Below are positions 39,407 to 48,098 of a stretch of DNA of 64,000 nucleotides, in pieces. This DNA is from Chloroflexota bacterium (GTDB lineage Bacteria > Chloroflexota > Anaerolineae > UBA1429). A program made the translations under genes and the position numbers. The stretch spans positions 1,398-65,397 of the forward strand of contig JAJFUJ010000115.1 in assembly GCA_021372475.1 (NCBI GenBank), written 5' to 3'. The notes under the pieces are model-generated. The model searched no databases and had not been told where the DNA came from. It worked only from the letters and a program-made list of their open reading frames with translations. Positions within the stretch are counted from its first letter, which is position 1. Each line of letters starts with the position of its first letter.

Positions 39407-40609
39407 ATGCCAGCCATTCCTATCTGCCAGGATATTTATTGGATCGGCGTGAACGACCGTACCACGGACCTTTTTGAAGGGATGTGGCCGATCACCGAGC
39501 AGGGCGTCTCGTACAACAGCTATCTCATCCTCGATGAAAAAAAGGCGCTCATTGACCTCACCAAGAGCACCAAGGAAGAGGCGCTGGTCAGCCAGCTCTC
39601 AGGATTGGTCAACTGCTCGGAGCTCGATTATATCGTCATCAACCATATGGAGCCCGACCACACCGGCGCCGTGCGCATCCTGCGCCAATTGGCGCCACAA
39701 GCCGTCTTTTTGTGCTCCGCCAAGGCACAGGCGATGCTCGATAATTACTATGGCATCACCGAGGGCGTGCGGGTGGTGGCAGACGGCGAAAAGCTCAGCC
39801 TGGGCAAAAAGGAGTTGACCTTTTACTCGATCCCCTTTGTGCACTGGCCAGAGACGATGGCGACTTATGAATCCAGTGAGAAAATCCTTTTTCCCTGCGA
39901 CGCATTCGGCGGCTATGGGGCGCTGCGCGGGGCTATTTTTGATGATGAAACCGCCGACCTGCCCCTTTACCTAAAGGAAGCGCTGCGTTATTATGTCAAT
40001 ATTGTTGCCCGCTTCAGCCAGCCAACCCTGAACGCTATCAAAAAGCTCAGCCCGCTGACCATTGACGTGGTGGCCCCCTCGCACGGGCTGGTGTGGCGGC
40101 GCAATCCCCAGCAAATCATTGAGCTCTATCAAAAGTGGGCCAGGCTGGCCAGCGAGCCGGCTGAGCCAGGCGTGACGCTGATTTACGGCTCGATGTACGG
40201 CAACACCGAGGCGATGATGAACGCTGTGGCGGAGGGTATCTCGCGCTGCGGAGTCCCGCTTGAGATATTCGATGCCGCGCGCACCCATGCCAGCTACATC
40301 CTGCCCTCGGTCTGGACCAAGAGCGGGGTGATGATTGGCGCACCGACGTATGAGGTATCGCTCTTTCCCCCCGTGGCTGAACAGCTCGAAGCGCTTGTAG
40401 AGAAGCGTATCATGAAGCGCAAAGCGGCCTATTTTGGCAGCTACGGTTGGAGCGGCGGCGCTCTCAAGCGGGCGCAGGAAATCGTAGAGCCGTTACAATG
40501 GGAATGGCTGGATACACTGGCCTTCCAGGGCGGTCCCAAACTGGAAGATTTCAAACGCGGCGAGGAATTCGGCTGTAAATTCGCCGAAGCGCTCAAAGCT
40601 TCCCAGTAA
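39407..40609 (+). CDS. fprA: flavodiiron protein (FprA family; metallo-beta-lactamase-like + flavodoxin domains)
   Basis: IYWIGVNDR...SYNSYLI, INHMEPDHTGA di-iron motif and a C-terminal flavodoxin-like LIYGSMYGNTE. Confidence 0.85.
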   Translation: MPAIPICQDIYWIGVNDRTTDLFEGMWPITEQGVSYNSYLILDEKKALIDLTKSTKEEALVSQLSGLVNCSELDYIVINHMEPDHTGAVRILRQLAPQAVFLCSAKAQAMLDNYYGITEGVRVVADGEKLSLGKKELTFYSIPFVHWPETMATYESSEKILFPCDAFGGYGALRGAIFDDETADLPLYLKEALRYYVNIVARFSQPTLNAIKKLSPLTIDVVAPSHGLVWRRNPQQIIELYQKWARLASEPAEPGVTLIYGSMYGNTEAMMNAVAEGISRCGVPLEIFDAARTHASYILPSVWTKSGVMIGAPTYEVSLFPPVAEQLEALVEKRIMKRKAAYFGSYGWSGGALKRAQEIVEPLQWEWLDTLAFQGGPKLEDFKRGEEFGCKFAEALKASQ

Positions 40610-40611
40610 AT

Positions 40612-40644
40612 CAAGAACCCCGCCGTAGATTGGCGGGGTTCTTG
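40612..40644. terminator. bidirectional hairpin terminator (fprA / fba convergent)
   Basis: CAAGAACCCCGCC (40612-40624), 7-nt loop, GGCGGGGTTCTTG (40632-40644). Confidence 0.75.
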
Positions 40645-40663
40645 TGTAATAAGCAGAATACCC

Positions 40664-41575
40664 TTACTCGATATGCCCTAAATCGGCGCTGCGGTGCTGG
40701 GTCGCCGGGCTGATGAAACCGCTCGCCGTGACCGTGCCGCTCGAGCCAAAGATGCGCATCTTGTGGCGCACCGTCTCCTTGACGGCGTCGCGCGACTTGG
40801 TCAGGAATTTGCGCGGATCGGAGGCCTTGGTATCCGCAGCGACCGCCTGACGCAAGGCATCCATAAACGCCTGGTTGAGCATAGTAGCGACGTTAATCTT
40901 GGCGATGCCGTACTGGATAGCCTCAACCTCGCTCTCCTCTTTGACGCCGGATGAGCCGTGCAGCACCAATGGGATATCAACAACTGCCGCGATGGCCTTA
41001 AGGCGAGTCATATCAAGCGAAGCCTGAGCGGAAGTCATAGCGTGCACCGAGCCGATCGCCACGGCCAACGAATCGCAGCCGGTGCGGGCGACAAAATCGG
41101 CCGCCTGGTCGGGATTGGTCATCGCATTCTGGACTTCTTCTGCGGAAACGCCGGATTGCAGCACCTGGCCCAATTCAGCCTCCACAGGGATACCGCAGAT
41201 ATGGGCGATGCGCGCGACCGCCGCCGTGGTGGCGATATTCTCCTCATACGGTTTGGCATGGCCGTCGAACATCAGCGAGGTAAAACCCGCGCGCAGGCAG
41301 AGCACGTTCTGATCGAAATCGGTGCCATGGTCGAGATGCAGCACCACCGGCACGTCAGCCAGCGCAGCGGCTGTCTTGACCATTGCAGTAGCGAAATCAA
41401 GGCCGGCATAGCGGATGGCTCCCTGGCTTACCTGCAGGATAACCGGCGCACGCTCTTCAACGGCTGCATCGACGATCCCCTGGACTTGCTCCATATTGTT
41501 AGCATTGAAAGCGCCCACGGCGAACTTGCCGGCGCGAGCGGCCTGCAGCATCTCTTTACTGGTTACTAGTGGCAT
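40664..41575 (-). CDS. fba: class II fructose-bisphosphate aldolase
   Basis: MPLVTSKEMLQAARAGKFAVGAFNANNMEQVQ...PVVLHLDHG...LVLHGSSG are canonical class II FBA motifs. Confidence 0.9.
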   Translation of the reverse strand: MPLVTSKEMLQAARAGKFAVGAFNANNMEQVQGIVDAAVEERAPVILQVSQGAIRYAGLDFATAMVKTAAALADVPVVLHLDHGTDFDQNVLCLRAGFTSLMFDGHAKPYEENIATTAAVARIAHICGIPVEAELGQVLQSGVSAEEVQNAMTNPDQAADFVARTGCDSLAVAIGSVHAMTSAQASLDMTRLKAIAAVVDIPLVLHGSSGVKEESEVEAIQYGIAKINVATMLNQAFMDALRQAVAADTKASDPRKFLTKSRDAVKETVRHKMRIFGSSGTVTASGFISPATQHRSADLGHIE

Positions 41576-41671
41576 CGCGGAAACTCCTTTTTAAGTACAT
41601 TGGTTGACTGCAAACGAAGGGATGAAAGACCAGGTAACCTATTGCGCTATCCTGGCGTTTGCGCTACACTA

Positions 41672-41754
41672 TGCCGAAGGTGGGATTCGAACCCACAAGG
41701 AGCAACCTCCAGTGGTTTTTGAGACCACCGCGTATGCCATTCCGCCACTTCGGC
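41672..41754 (-). tRNA. tRNA-Leu (anticodon CAA)
   Basis: Hand-folded 83-nt cloverleaf. Acceptor GCCGAAG/CTTCGGC, anticodon stem GTGGT/ACCAC with loop CTCAAAA, 15-nt variable arm with GGAG/CTCC stem, T-arm GTGGG-TTCGAAT-CCCAC, discriminator A. CCA is not encoded. Confidence 0.9.
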
Positions 41755-41767
41755 TCAAGCAGGTAAA

Positions 41768-41795
41768 AGTATAGCTGAATAGGGCACAACGTCAA
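41768..41795 (-). promoter_or_regulatory. sigma-70-like promoter candidate for tRNA-Leu
   Basis: On the minus strand: TTGACG (41795-41790), 16-nt spacer, TATACT (41773-41768), about 14 nt upstream of the tRNA 5' end. Confidence 0.45.
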
Positions 41796-41858
41796 GTCAA
41801 CGCTCCGCTTTTAGCATCTGCCGGTAATAACCCGCCAATTAAAGGATTCACCCGCAGC

Positions 41859-42440
41859 ATGAACGAGGAAGAGCTCATCGCCCAGGCCATCAGCGGCAGC
41901 GTTGACGCGTTCAACCAACTCGTCGAGCTGCATCAGCAAACCGCTTATAACCTGGCCTACCGTATTCTGGGAGATCAGGAGTACGCCACCGATGCCACCC
42001 AGGAGGCGTTCATCCGCTGCTATCGTTCGCTTGAGCAGTTCCGAGGCGGCGCCTTCCGTGCCTGGCTGTTGCGTATCGTCACCAACTGCTGCTACGACCA
42101 GCTTCGCGCGCGCCGGCGCCGGCCCAATACGCCAATCGACGACATGGTTGAGGACGAAGAGCACAGCGACATCCTGCGCGACGACGCCGAGACGCCTGAA
42201 GAGCACCTCGAGCACCGCGAGCTGTATGACGCGCTTCAACTCAGCCTAGAGGTCCTCCCACCAGAGCAACGCACCATCGTTGTGCTGTCGGATATCGAAG
42301 GATTGAGCTATGAGGAGATTGCCGTCGTCACGTCGCTGGCGCTGGGGACGGTCAAGTCACGCTTGAACCGCGCACGCGGCAAGCTGCGCGATTATTTACT
42401 CGCGCACAAGGAACTATTGCCCGAGCACTTGCGTCACTGA
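41859..42440 (+). CDS. ECF (sigma-70 family, group 4) RNA polymerase sigma factor
   Basis: Region 2 AFNQLVELHQQTAYNLAYRILGDQEYATDATQEAFIRCYR...WLLRIVTNCCYD. Region 4 LSYEEIAVVTSLALGTVKSRLNRAR. Confidence 0.9.
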   Translation: MNEEELIAQAISGSVDAFNQLVELHQQTAYNLAYRILGDQEYATDATQEAFIRCYRSLEQFRGGAFRAWLLRIVTNCCYDQLRARRRRPNTPIDDMVEDEEHSDILRDDAETPEEHLEHRELYDALQLSLEVLPPEQRTIVVLSDIEGLSYEEIAVVTSLALGTVKSRLNRARGKLRDYLLAHKELLPEHLRH

Positions 42441-42498
42441 TGTGTAGCAGTGATATATCTAGTTTCTATGTATCATATTTATCGCGGAGTTGATAGGA

Positions 42499-43569
42499 AT
42501 GGCTTTTAGAGGCGCCGACCACCGCTTCGCACAAGAGAACCTGTCGGCATATATCGACGGCAGGCTTGAACCGCGCGAGCACGCTCGGTTAACACGCCAT
42601 ATAGCGGCCTGCAGCATATGTAGTGCCGATTTAGAGACGCTGCGGCAAACGAAGGCTCTGCTGGGGCAAATGCCCCGCATGGCAGCCCCTCGCTCCTTTG
42701 CGCTGCCGGCCAGTGCGCAATCTGAGCGTGCTCGTTACCAGCGCCTGAATCGCACCTACAAGCTGCTGCGCGGCGCCAGCACTGTGGCCGCCGTCCTGCT
42801 GGTGGTGCTGCTTGCCGGAGGCACCGTGCTTGGTTTCCTTGGCGCCGGAGGAGCGCGCAGCACCAACCTCCAGCCATTGACGTATAGCGCTGCGCCAGCC
42901 GATACGGCGGATCATCAGGCTGGGGGGGATATGGTTCCTGCAGCGACTGCTGTTGGGGCATACCCAGCGCAAATCGAAGACACACAACAGCCCCCTGCGA
43001 CCACTATTGCGGCGTACCCGCTGCAAGCTGAAGGCGCAGGGGCGGCTGCTGGGCAGCCGGCGAGCGGTACCGAAAGCCAGGCTACCGGCGAGCCCTCGGC
43101 CAAATTCGGGGCGCAGCTTGAGGGCACCCCTTCCGCCGACGAGCTGGATTCGACGCGAACGCTAGTTATGGGCGAACCCAGCCCGACACCAGAACAGCCG
43201 GCTGAACCGAGCCAGGACACCGCCGCTGCTGCGCCAGAACAGGCATACCCTGAGGCCATCCAATCGGCTGAGGCAGTCAACAAGTCAGTAGCCGGGGCCG
43301 CACCAGAGGCAGAAGCCGGAGCTGCGCCCGAGCCAACTGCGGACACGGCGATCGCGCTGGTGGGCAATGGCGAGCCAACCGCTGCATCCGCCCAACTTTC
43401 TGTGCCAGGCGAGGCAGCCTCGCCGAACGGTGCATCTGGCGCAGCAGTGGAGCCGCATGTCAGTGAGCCGTATACGGCGGCCTTGCACACTGCTGCCATC
43501 GCGCTGGGCGCTGCACTGGCGCTGCTGTTGGGCGCGTTGGCCTGGATTGGTTACCGCCGCAAGCACTAG
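42499..43569 (+). CDS. anti-sigma factor (zf-HC2) with TM helix, long Ala/Pro/Glu-rich low-complexity region and a C-terminal TM helix
   Basis: HIAACSIC (H-x3-C-x2-C). TM AAVLLVVLLAGGTVLGFLG. About 230 aa of low complexity. C-terminal AAIALGAALALLLGALAWIGYRRKH. ATG 42499 has GGAG 9 nt upstream; the track start TTG 42490 is an alternative. Confidence 0.7.
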   Translation: MAFRGADHRFAQENLSAYIDGRLEPREHARLTRHIAACSICSADLETLRQTKALLGQMPRMAAPRSFALPASAQSERARYQRLNRTYKLLRGASTVAAVLLVVLLAGGTVLGFLGAGGARSTNLQPLTYSAAPADTADHQAGGDMVPAATAVGAYPAQIEDTQQPPATTIAAYPLQAEGAGAAAGQPASGTESQATGEPSAKFGAQLEGTPSADELDSTRTLVMGEPSPTPEQPAEPSQDTAAAAPEQAYPEAIQSAEAVNKSVAGAAPEAEAGAAPEPTADTAIALVGNGEPTAASAQLSVPGEAASPNGASGAAVEPHVSEPYTAALHTAAIALGAALALLLGALAWIGYRRKH

Positions 43570-43578
43570 GAGCGATTG

Positions 43579-43612
43579 CAGGGCTCAGTATGCCTTCCGA
43601 GCCCTGTTTTTT
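43579..43612 (+). terminator. intrinsic terminator after the anti-sigma gene
   Basis: CAGGGCTC (43579-43586), 12-nt loop, GAGCCCTG (43599-43606), followed by TTTTTT (43607-43612). Confidence 0.8.
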
Positions 43613-43620
43613 ATGTCTAT

Positions 43621-43649
43621 TTGGCATCAACAAACCAGCAGGGTATAAT
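43621..43649 (+). promoter_or_regulatory. near-consensus sigma-70 promoter for ftsY
   Basis: TTGGCA (43621-43626), 17-nt spacer, TATAAT (43644-43649), 18 nt before the ftsY ATG. Confidence 0.6.
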
Positions 43650-43667
43650 GGATATTCGTAAATTCGC

Positions 43668-44594
43668 ATGGAGAGTAAGGTGACCGCACGACCGAAGGCC
43701 TTTGATGACAGCTTGACCAAGACCCGGCGCTCGTTCTTTGGGCGAATTGCCGGGCTGTTTCGCCAGGAGAAGATAACCGAGGAGACCTGGGACGAACTCG
43801 AGATGCTGCTCCTGCAGGCGGATGTCGGCACCAAAACGACCATTCGCGTCATGGATGCGCTGCGCCAGCAAGTCAAAGCCAACACCCCTCCCGAGCAGGC
43901 GCAGGAGATGCTCAAAGCCGAACTGCTGGCGATCCTCAAACCAGTGCAGCGTGCATATCTGCCCGGTTCGAGGCTGCTGCACGTCATTTTTGTGGTGGGC
44001 GTAAACGGTTCCGGCAAGACAACATCGATCGCCAAGCTGGCCAAGTACCACAAGAGCCGCGGTCAAACGGTGCTGCTGGCTGCAGCGGATACATTTCGCG
44101 CTGCCGCCATCGATCAGATCAAAATCTGGGGCGAGCGTGTCGGTGTGGATGTAGTCGCCCACCAGCCGGGGGCTGACCCGGGCGCGGTAGTTTACGACGC
44201 GATAGGCGCTGCACAGGCTCGGCATGCCGATGTATTGATTATAGATACGGCAGGACGCCTGCAAACTAAGTACAACTTGATGCAGGAACTGCGTAAACTG
44301 CGGGGTGTGGCTCAGAAGCAGGTGCACCTGGCGCCGCACGAAACGCTGCTGGTGCTTGATGCAACCACCGGCCAAAACGGGCTCAGCCAGGCCAAGGCTT
44401 TTGCTGAAGCCGTGCAGGTGACGGGCGTGGTGCTGGCCAAGCTGGATAGTTCATCCAAAGGCGGGATTGTGTTTGCGATTGCCGATGAATACAAACTGCC
44501 CGTGCTCTTTGTGGCTACCGGCGAAAAGCTGGACGATTGGGCAGAGTTCGACCCCCAAGCTTTTGTCGATAGCCTGTTTGAAAATCGCGAGTAA
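43668..44594 (+). CDS. ftsY: signal recognition particle receptor FtsY (short form, NG domain only)
   Basis: GVNGSGKTTSIAKLA (G1), DTAGRLQT (G3), AKLDSSSKGG (G4-like TKLD variant). Confidence 0.9.
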   Translation: MESKVTARPKAFDDSLTKTRRSFFGRIAGLFRQEKITEETWDELEMLLLQADVGTKTTIRVMDALRQQVKANTPPEQAQEMLKAELLAILKPVQRAYLPGSRLLHVIFVVGVNGSGKTTSIAKLAKYHKSRGQTVLLAAADTFRAAAIDQIKIWGERVGVDVVAHQPGADPGAVVYDAIGAAQARHADVLIIDTAGRLQTKYNLMQELRKLRGVAQKQVHLAPHETLLVLDATTGQNGLSQAKAFAEAVQVTGVVLAKLDSSSKGGIVFAIADEYKLPVLFVATGEKLDDWAEFDPQAFVDSLFENRE

Positions 44595-44626
44595 TAATAA
44601 GATATATCAAATCGAGGGGAATCTGT

Positions 44627-45728
44627 ATGGAAGAGCTGGAACTCAAATTGAAAGCGATGCAGAGCGAGCTACACGATTTGGCGCACCGTCTTTGACATCG
44701 CCGGCAAACAGATCCAGGCTAATGAACTCCACGAGAAATCGGCCGCTGAAGGCTTTTGGAACAAGCCCGAGGAGGCGCAAACCCTGATGCAGCAATTGGC
44801 TGCCCTGCAAAACGAGGCACAAGAGTGGCAGCAGGCTATCCGCCAGGCCGATGAACTGGTAGATTTATATACGATGGCCAGCGCTGAGAATGATTCCGCC
44901 GTGCTGCAGGATATAGAGGCTGAATCCGTCGCGCTGGAACGTAAACTGAGCGAGCTGCGCTTACGCACCTTGTTATCCGGCCCGCATGACGCCTGCGATG
45001 CGATTATGACCATCTACTCTGGCGCTGGCGGAACCGAATCACAGGACTGGGCTTCGATTTTGATGCGCATGTATATGCGTTGGGCAGAGCGACGCGGATT
45101 CAGCGCCGATATCATCGAGTTGACCGAAGGCGACGAGGCGGGGATCAAGGAAGCGACATTGGAAATCAAAGGGGATTATGTTTACGGCAGTCTGCGCTCC
45201 GAGCGCGGCGTCCACCGCCTGGTGCGCATCTCGCCTTTCGATAACGCACGCCGCCGGCATACCTCCTTTGCGCTTGTGGATGTAGTGCCCGATGTCGGTA
45301 CCGAAATCAATATCGAGATCAATCCGGATGATCTCCGCATGGACGTGTTTCATGCCTCCGGCCACGGTGGGCAAAACGTACAGAAAAACTCGACCGCTGT
45401 ACGCATAACCCACCTGCCCACCAGCATCGTTGTTACCTGCCAGAACGAACGTTCGCAACTGCAGAACCGCGAGCGCGCGCTGGCAGTACTCAAATCACGC
45501 TTGTACAACCTGGAGCTTGTCAAGCAGGAAGAAGAACATGCCAAGCTGCGTGGCGAACACATATCTCCCGGTTGGGGCAACCAGATTCGCTCCTATGTGC
45601 TGCAGCCCTACCGCATGGTCAAAGATCTGCGCACGGATTGGGAGACCGGCAATACCGCCGCGGTCTTGGATGGCGACCTTGACGGGTTAATTGAGTCGTA
45701 TTTACAATATATGGTCGGGAAGGACTAA
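44627..45728 (+). CDS. prfB: peptide chain release factor 2, expressed through a programmed +1 frameshift (frame 0: 44627-44692; frame +1: 44694-45728)
   Basis: Frame 0 encodes MEELELKLKAMQSELHDLAHRL and then meets TGA at 44693. Shifting +1 at CTT TGA C continues DIAGKQIQANELHEKSAAEGFWNKPEEAQ..., in frame with the track ORF 44787-45728. That ORF carries SPF (RISPFD) and GGQ (SGHGGQNVQ). GAGGGGA RBS at 44614-44620. Confidence 0.9.
44690..44696 (+). promoter_or_regulatory. prfB +1 frameshift site CTT TGA C
   Basis: Exact match to the canonical RF2 autoregulatory slippery/stop heptamer. I see no strong internal Shine-Dalgarno-like element just upstream (the sequence there is TTGGCGCACCGT). Confidence 0.85.
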
Positions 45729-45763
45729 TAGCCAGGTCATCATTGTAACCGTTAGGGAGTTGT

Positions 45764-46081
45764 ATGCTTAACGCTGATGGGAAAATCGATTTCACCGAAG
45801 AACTGCTCGATATTATCGAGGGCTTGCTCCAGGAGTATGAGCGGGCTAAGGGGCCTCTCGATAGCGACCTGAAGCGCGGACTGGCAGTGTCCTTTGTCTT
45901 GGGAACACTGCACTGCAATATCGATGCCATCTGGGACGAATTAGCTCAAGCGCCGCATTTCGCGGCTCAGCATCCCAAGATTATGTTTGAAGACTGCGAG
46001 GGGAAGACGCCGCCTATCCGCCAGGAAGACCGAGAGCGTATTCGTAATTTACTTACCCGTTACGGCTGGATCAAGGAATGA
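45764..46081 (+). CDS. hypothetical protein (105 aa)
   Basis: ORF with AGGGAG RBS and plausible composition. No motif recognised. Confidence 0.35.
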   Translation: MLNADGKIDFTEELLDIIEGLLQEYERAKGPLDSDLKRGLAVSFVLGTLHCNIDAIWDELAQAPHFAAQHPKIMFEDCEGKTPPIRQEDRERIRNLLTRYGWIKE

Positions 46082-46088
46082 ACACGAA

Positions 46089-46931
46089 TTAGCGCGGCGT
46101 GTTACCCGCGCTAAATATTTTATAAAGGGACAGCACGTTATTCATGTGGATGCGGCTGACCATGCCATCCAATGGAATACGCGAGAGCCCGCAGGACTCG
46201 ATATCGATCTCACGCAGGCGCTGAGTGGGCTCATGGTTTTCGACGATTTCCCGCACGCGCTGCACCACCGTATTCAAGTAGCAGATATTGGCTTCGATGG
46301 CCTCGTCCACCTCGCCGCGCAGCAACACGTCGCCATGCCCCTGGACGATAAAGTTTGGTCTAAGCTCCTGGATATAGCGCAACGAAGCCGTCAGGCGAAT
46401 GTAATCTCCACGTACGATGTGCGGGATGGGCATCATCGTATCGCCGGCAATCACCACCCGGTCATCCACCGCAAAGGCGATGATGCCGTCCGCAGTATGG
46501 CCCGGGGTATGGATAAGCCGCAAGTGGCGCAGCCCCATATGCAACTGCATTTCCTCGCTAAATGTGATCTGCGGCAAGCGCAGCTCCACATCCGCCAGGT
46601 TTTGGTTATCGCGTTTGGCGCGTTCCAGCAGAGCTTGGCCGGACTGGCTGAGAACTTCACGGCACAAATCGTGCGCAATGACCTCGGCGCCCTCAAAAAG
46701 ATACGAGCCGTAGATGTGGTCGGCATGGCAGTGTGTGTTCACCACGTAGCGCGTTCCGTGCGGCCCTAGTTTTGATTCTACAAAAGCCAGTATCTGTCGG
46801 CTCTCCACAGGATATGGGAGGGTGTCGATTACTACCGCGCCCTGGCTCGTTAGAATGACAGCCGCGGTCACCTGCGCATAAATCTCGCTTATCATGATAT
46901 AGATATCTTCAGCGACGCGGTCGAGACGCAT
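46089..46931 (-). CDS. MBL-fold metallo-hydrolase
   Basis: VVNTHCHADHIYG (HxHxDH) and later TPGHTADG. Confidence 0.8.
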   Translation of the reverse strand: MRLDRVAEDIYIMISEIYAQVTAAVILTSQGAVVIDTLPYPVESRQILAFVESKLGPHGTRYVVNTHCHADHIYGSYLFEGAEVIAHDLCREVLSQSGQALLERAKRDNQNLADVELRLPQITFSEEMQLHMGLRHLRLIHTPGHTADGIIAFAVDDRVVIAGDTMMPIPHIVRGDYIRLTASLRYIQELRPNFIVQGHGDVLLRGEVDEAIEANICYLNTVVQRVREIVENHEPTQRLREIDIESCGLSRIPLDGMVSRIHMNNVLSLYKIFSAGNTPR

Positions 46932-47012
46932 TCGTAATTCCTTTGCCTAGACTAGGTATTAGCATAACATATAGATAATTGACCGTCAAACTTAACTTCT
47001 GAGGAGGCTGCC

Positions 47013-47843
47013 ATGCTGCTGGAAAACCTGCGGCAGAATTATTCAACTCTAAGTAAGAGCCACCAGAGGCTGGCCGACTACCTAGCAGATAACTACCGGC
47101 AGGTAGCCTTTATGACTTCCTCGCAACTGGCACAAGAAGTCCATGTAAACGGTGCAACCGTCACCCGCTTTGCCCAAAGATTGGGCTACCTCGGTTACCC
47201 CGAGCTGACGGCGGACTTGCGCTCGCTGGTGCAGCGAGAACTCGCCCCGGAGAGTTCGGTGGAAGCATCGCAGCAGCCTGCAATAGGCCTTGCCTTGCGT
47301 AATATCGCAGATAACCTTGGCCGCACAAGCCTGCAGCTCGATGCACTTGCCGCGCAACAAGCCCAGGAATTGTTGGCCGGCGCCTCGCGCATAATCGTGT
47401 TAGCACAGGGAAGCGCCGTGCATCCCGCCAGCTTGTTGACTGCGCTCTTGCAGATACATGGGCAAAAGGTCTGCATACCATCCGGCGACCCTTACGCGCT
47501 GGCTGCCGCTGTGGCTGAGGCTTCACCAGGAATGCTCGTTATTGGGTTAGCCTTTTTGGGTGAAAGCCAGGAAGTGGCTGCCGCGCTGCGCTACGCCAAT
47601 CAACAAAACATCGATACATTGGCAATTGCCAGCTCGCCAACCAATTCCGTTGTGCAGGCGGCGCGCCTAGCATTAAGCTGGTTGGCGGACGAATCCAATC
47701 CCGCGCTGACCATCATTCAGGCGGTCAATATATTAGCCGCACTCGTACAGGGCGCGCGCTTCAGGGATATTAATCATGATATCGAACAGCGTAACATCGG
47801 CGCCCTCGATGCGGTGCTTGCACGCAGGCGCCGTATAAACTAA
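47013..47843 (+). CDS. MurR/RpiR family transcriptional regulator (HTH_6 + SIS domain)
   Basis: LSKSHQRLADYLADNYRQVAFMTSSQLAQEVHVNGATVTRFAQRLGYLGYPEL is the family HTH signature. The C-terminus is SIS-like. Confidence 0.85.
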   Translation: MLLENLRQNYSTLSKSHQRLADYLADNYRQVAFMTSSQLAQEVHVNGATVTRFAQRLGYLGYPELTADLRSLVQRELAPESSVEASQQPAIGLALRNIADNLGRTSLQLDALAAQQAQELLAGASRIIVLAQGSAVHPASLLTALLQIHGQKVCIPSGDPYALAAAVAEASPGMLVIGLAFLGESQEVAAALRYANQQNIDTLAIASSPTNSVVQAARLALSWLADESNPALTIIQAVNILAALVQGARFRDINHDIEQRNIGALDAVLARRRRIN

Positions 47844-48098
47844 AAACCGCAGAGCAAACCCGCGGTTTCATATGTAACTCCCGCCTTGCCGTGTGCTGGG
47901 TGTCTTGAACCTGCTTGCGCAGGTGGGTGCCTTCCGGTGCCCAAGCGCCTCGGAGAGGACAACATGGACACGTATGGATTGCGGCTCCCTAGACAGATTT
48001 GTTGGCTCAAAACAAAGGCATCACGCACAACGCAGGAGTTACACATTCAGTCTATACGATAAATCTCAGCCTGACAAATCTCTGTTCGTGGCAAGCTC

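Noticed and set aside
39407-41754. Possible genomic island integrated at the 3' end of tRNA-Leu
   Set aside because: No integrase gene lies nearby. I could find no direct repeat of the tRNA 3' half elsewhere in the window, and the adjacent genes (fba, fprA) are housekeeping-type.
41755-41858. Search for an autoregulated ECF promoter (GGAAC-N16/17-CGTC type) upstream of the sigma factor gene
   Set aside because: No convincing -35 GAAC / -10 CGT pair at appropriate spacing was found. The only good promoter-like element in the gap faces the tRNA on the other strand.
45987-46769. 260-aa plus-strand ORF overlapping the MBL hydrolase gene
   Set aside because: The minus-strand frame carries HCHADH and a good N-terminus. 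The plus-strand ORF has no motif and would also overlap the 105-aa ORF.
47925-47960. GGAA-tetraloop hairpin on the minus strand (GGGCACC-GGAA-GGCACCC) resembling SRP RNA helix 8
   Set aside because: The conserved flanking AGCA/GGA asymmetric-loop nucleotides of SRP RNA are absent. The stem has two A-C mismatches on that strand and pairs better (with G-U) on the plus strand.
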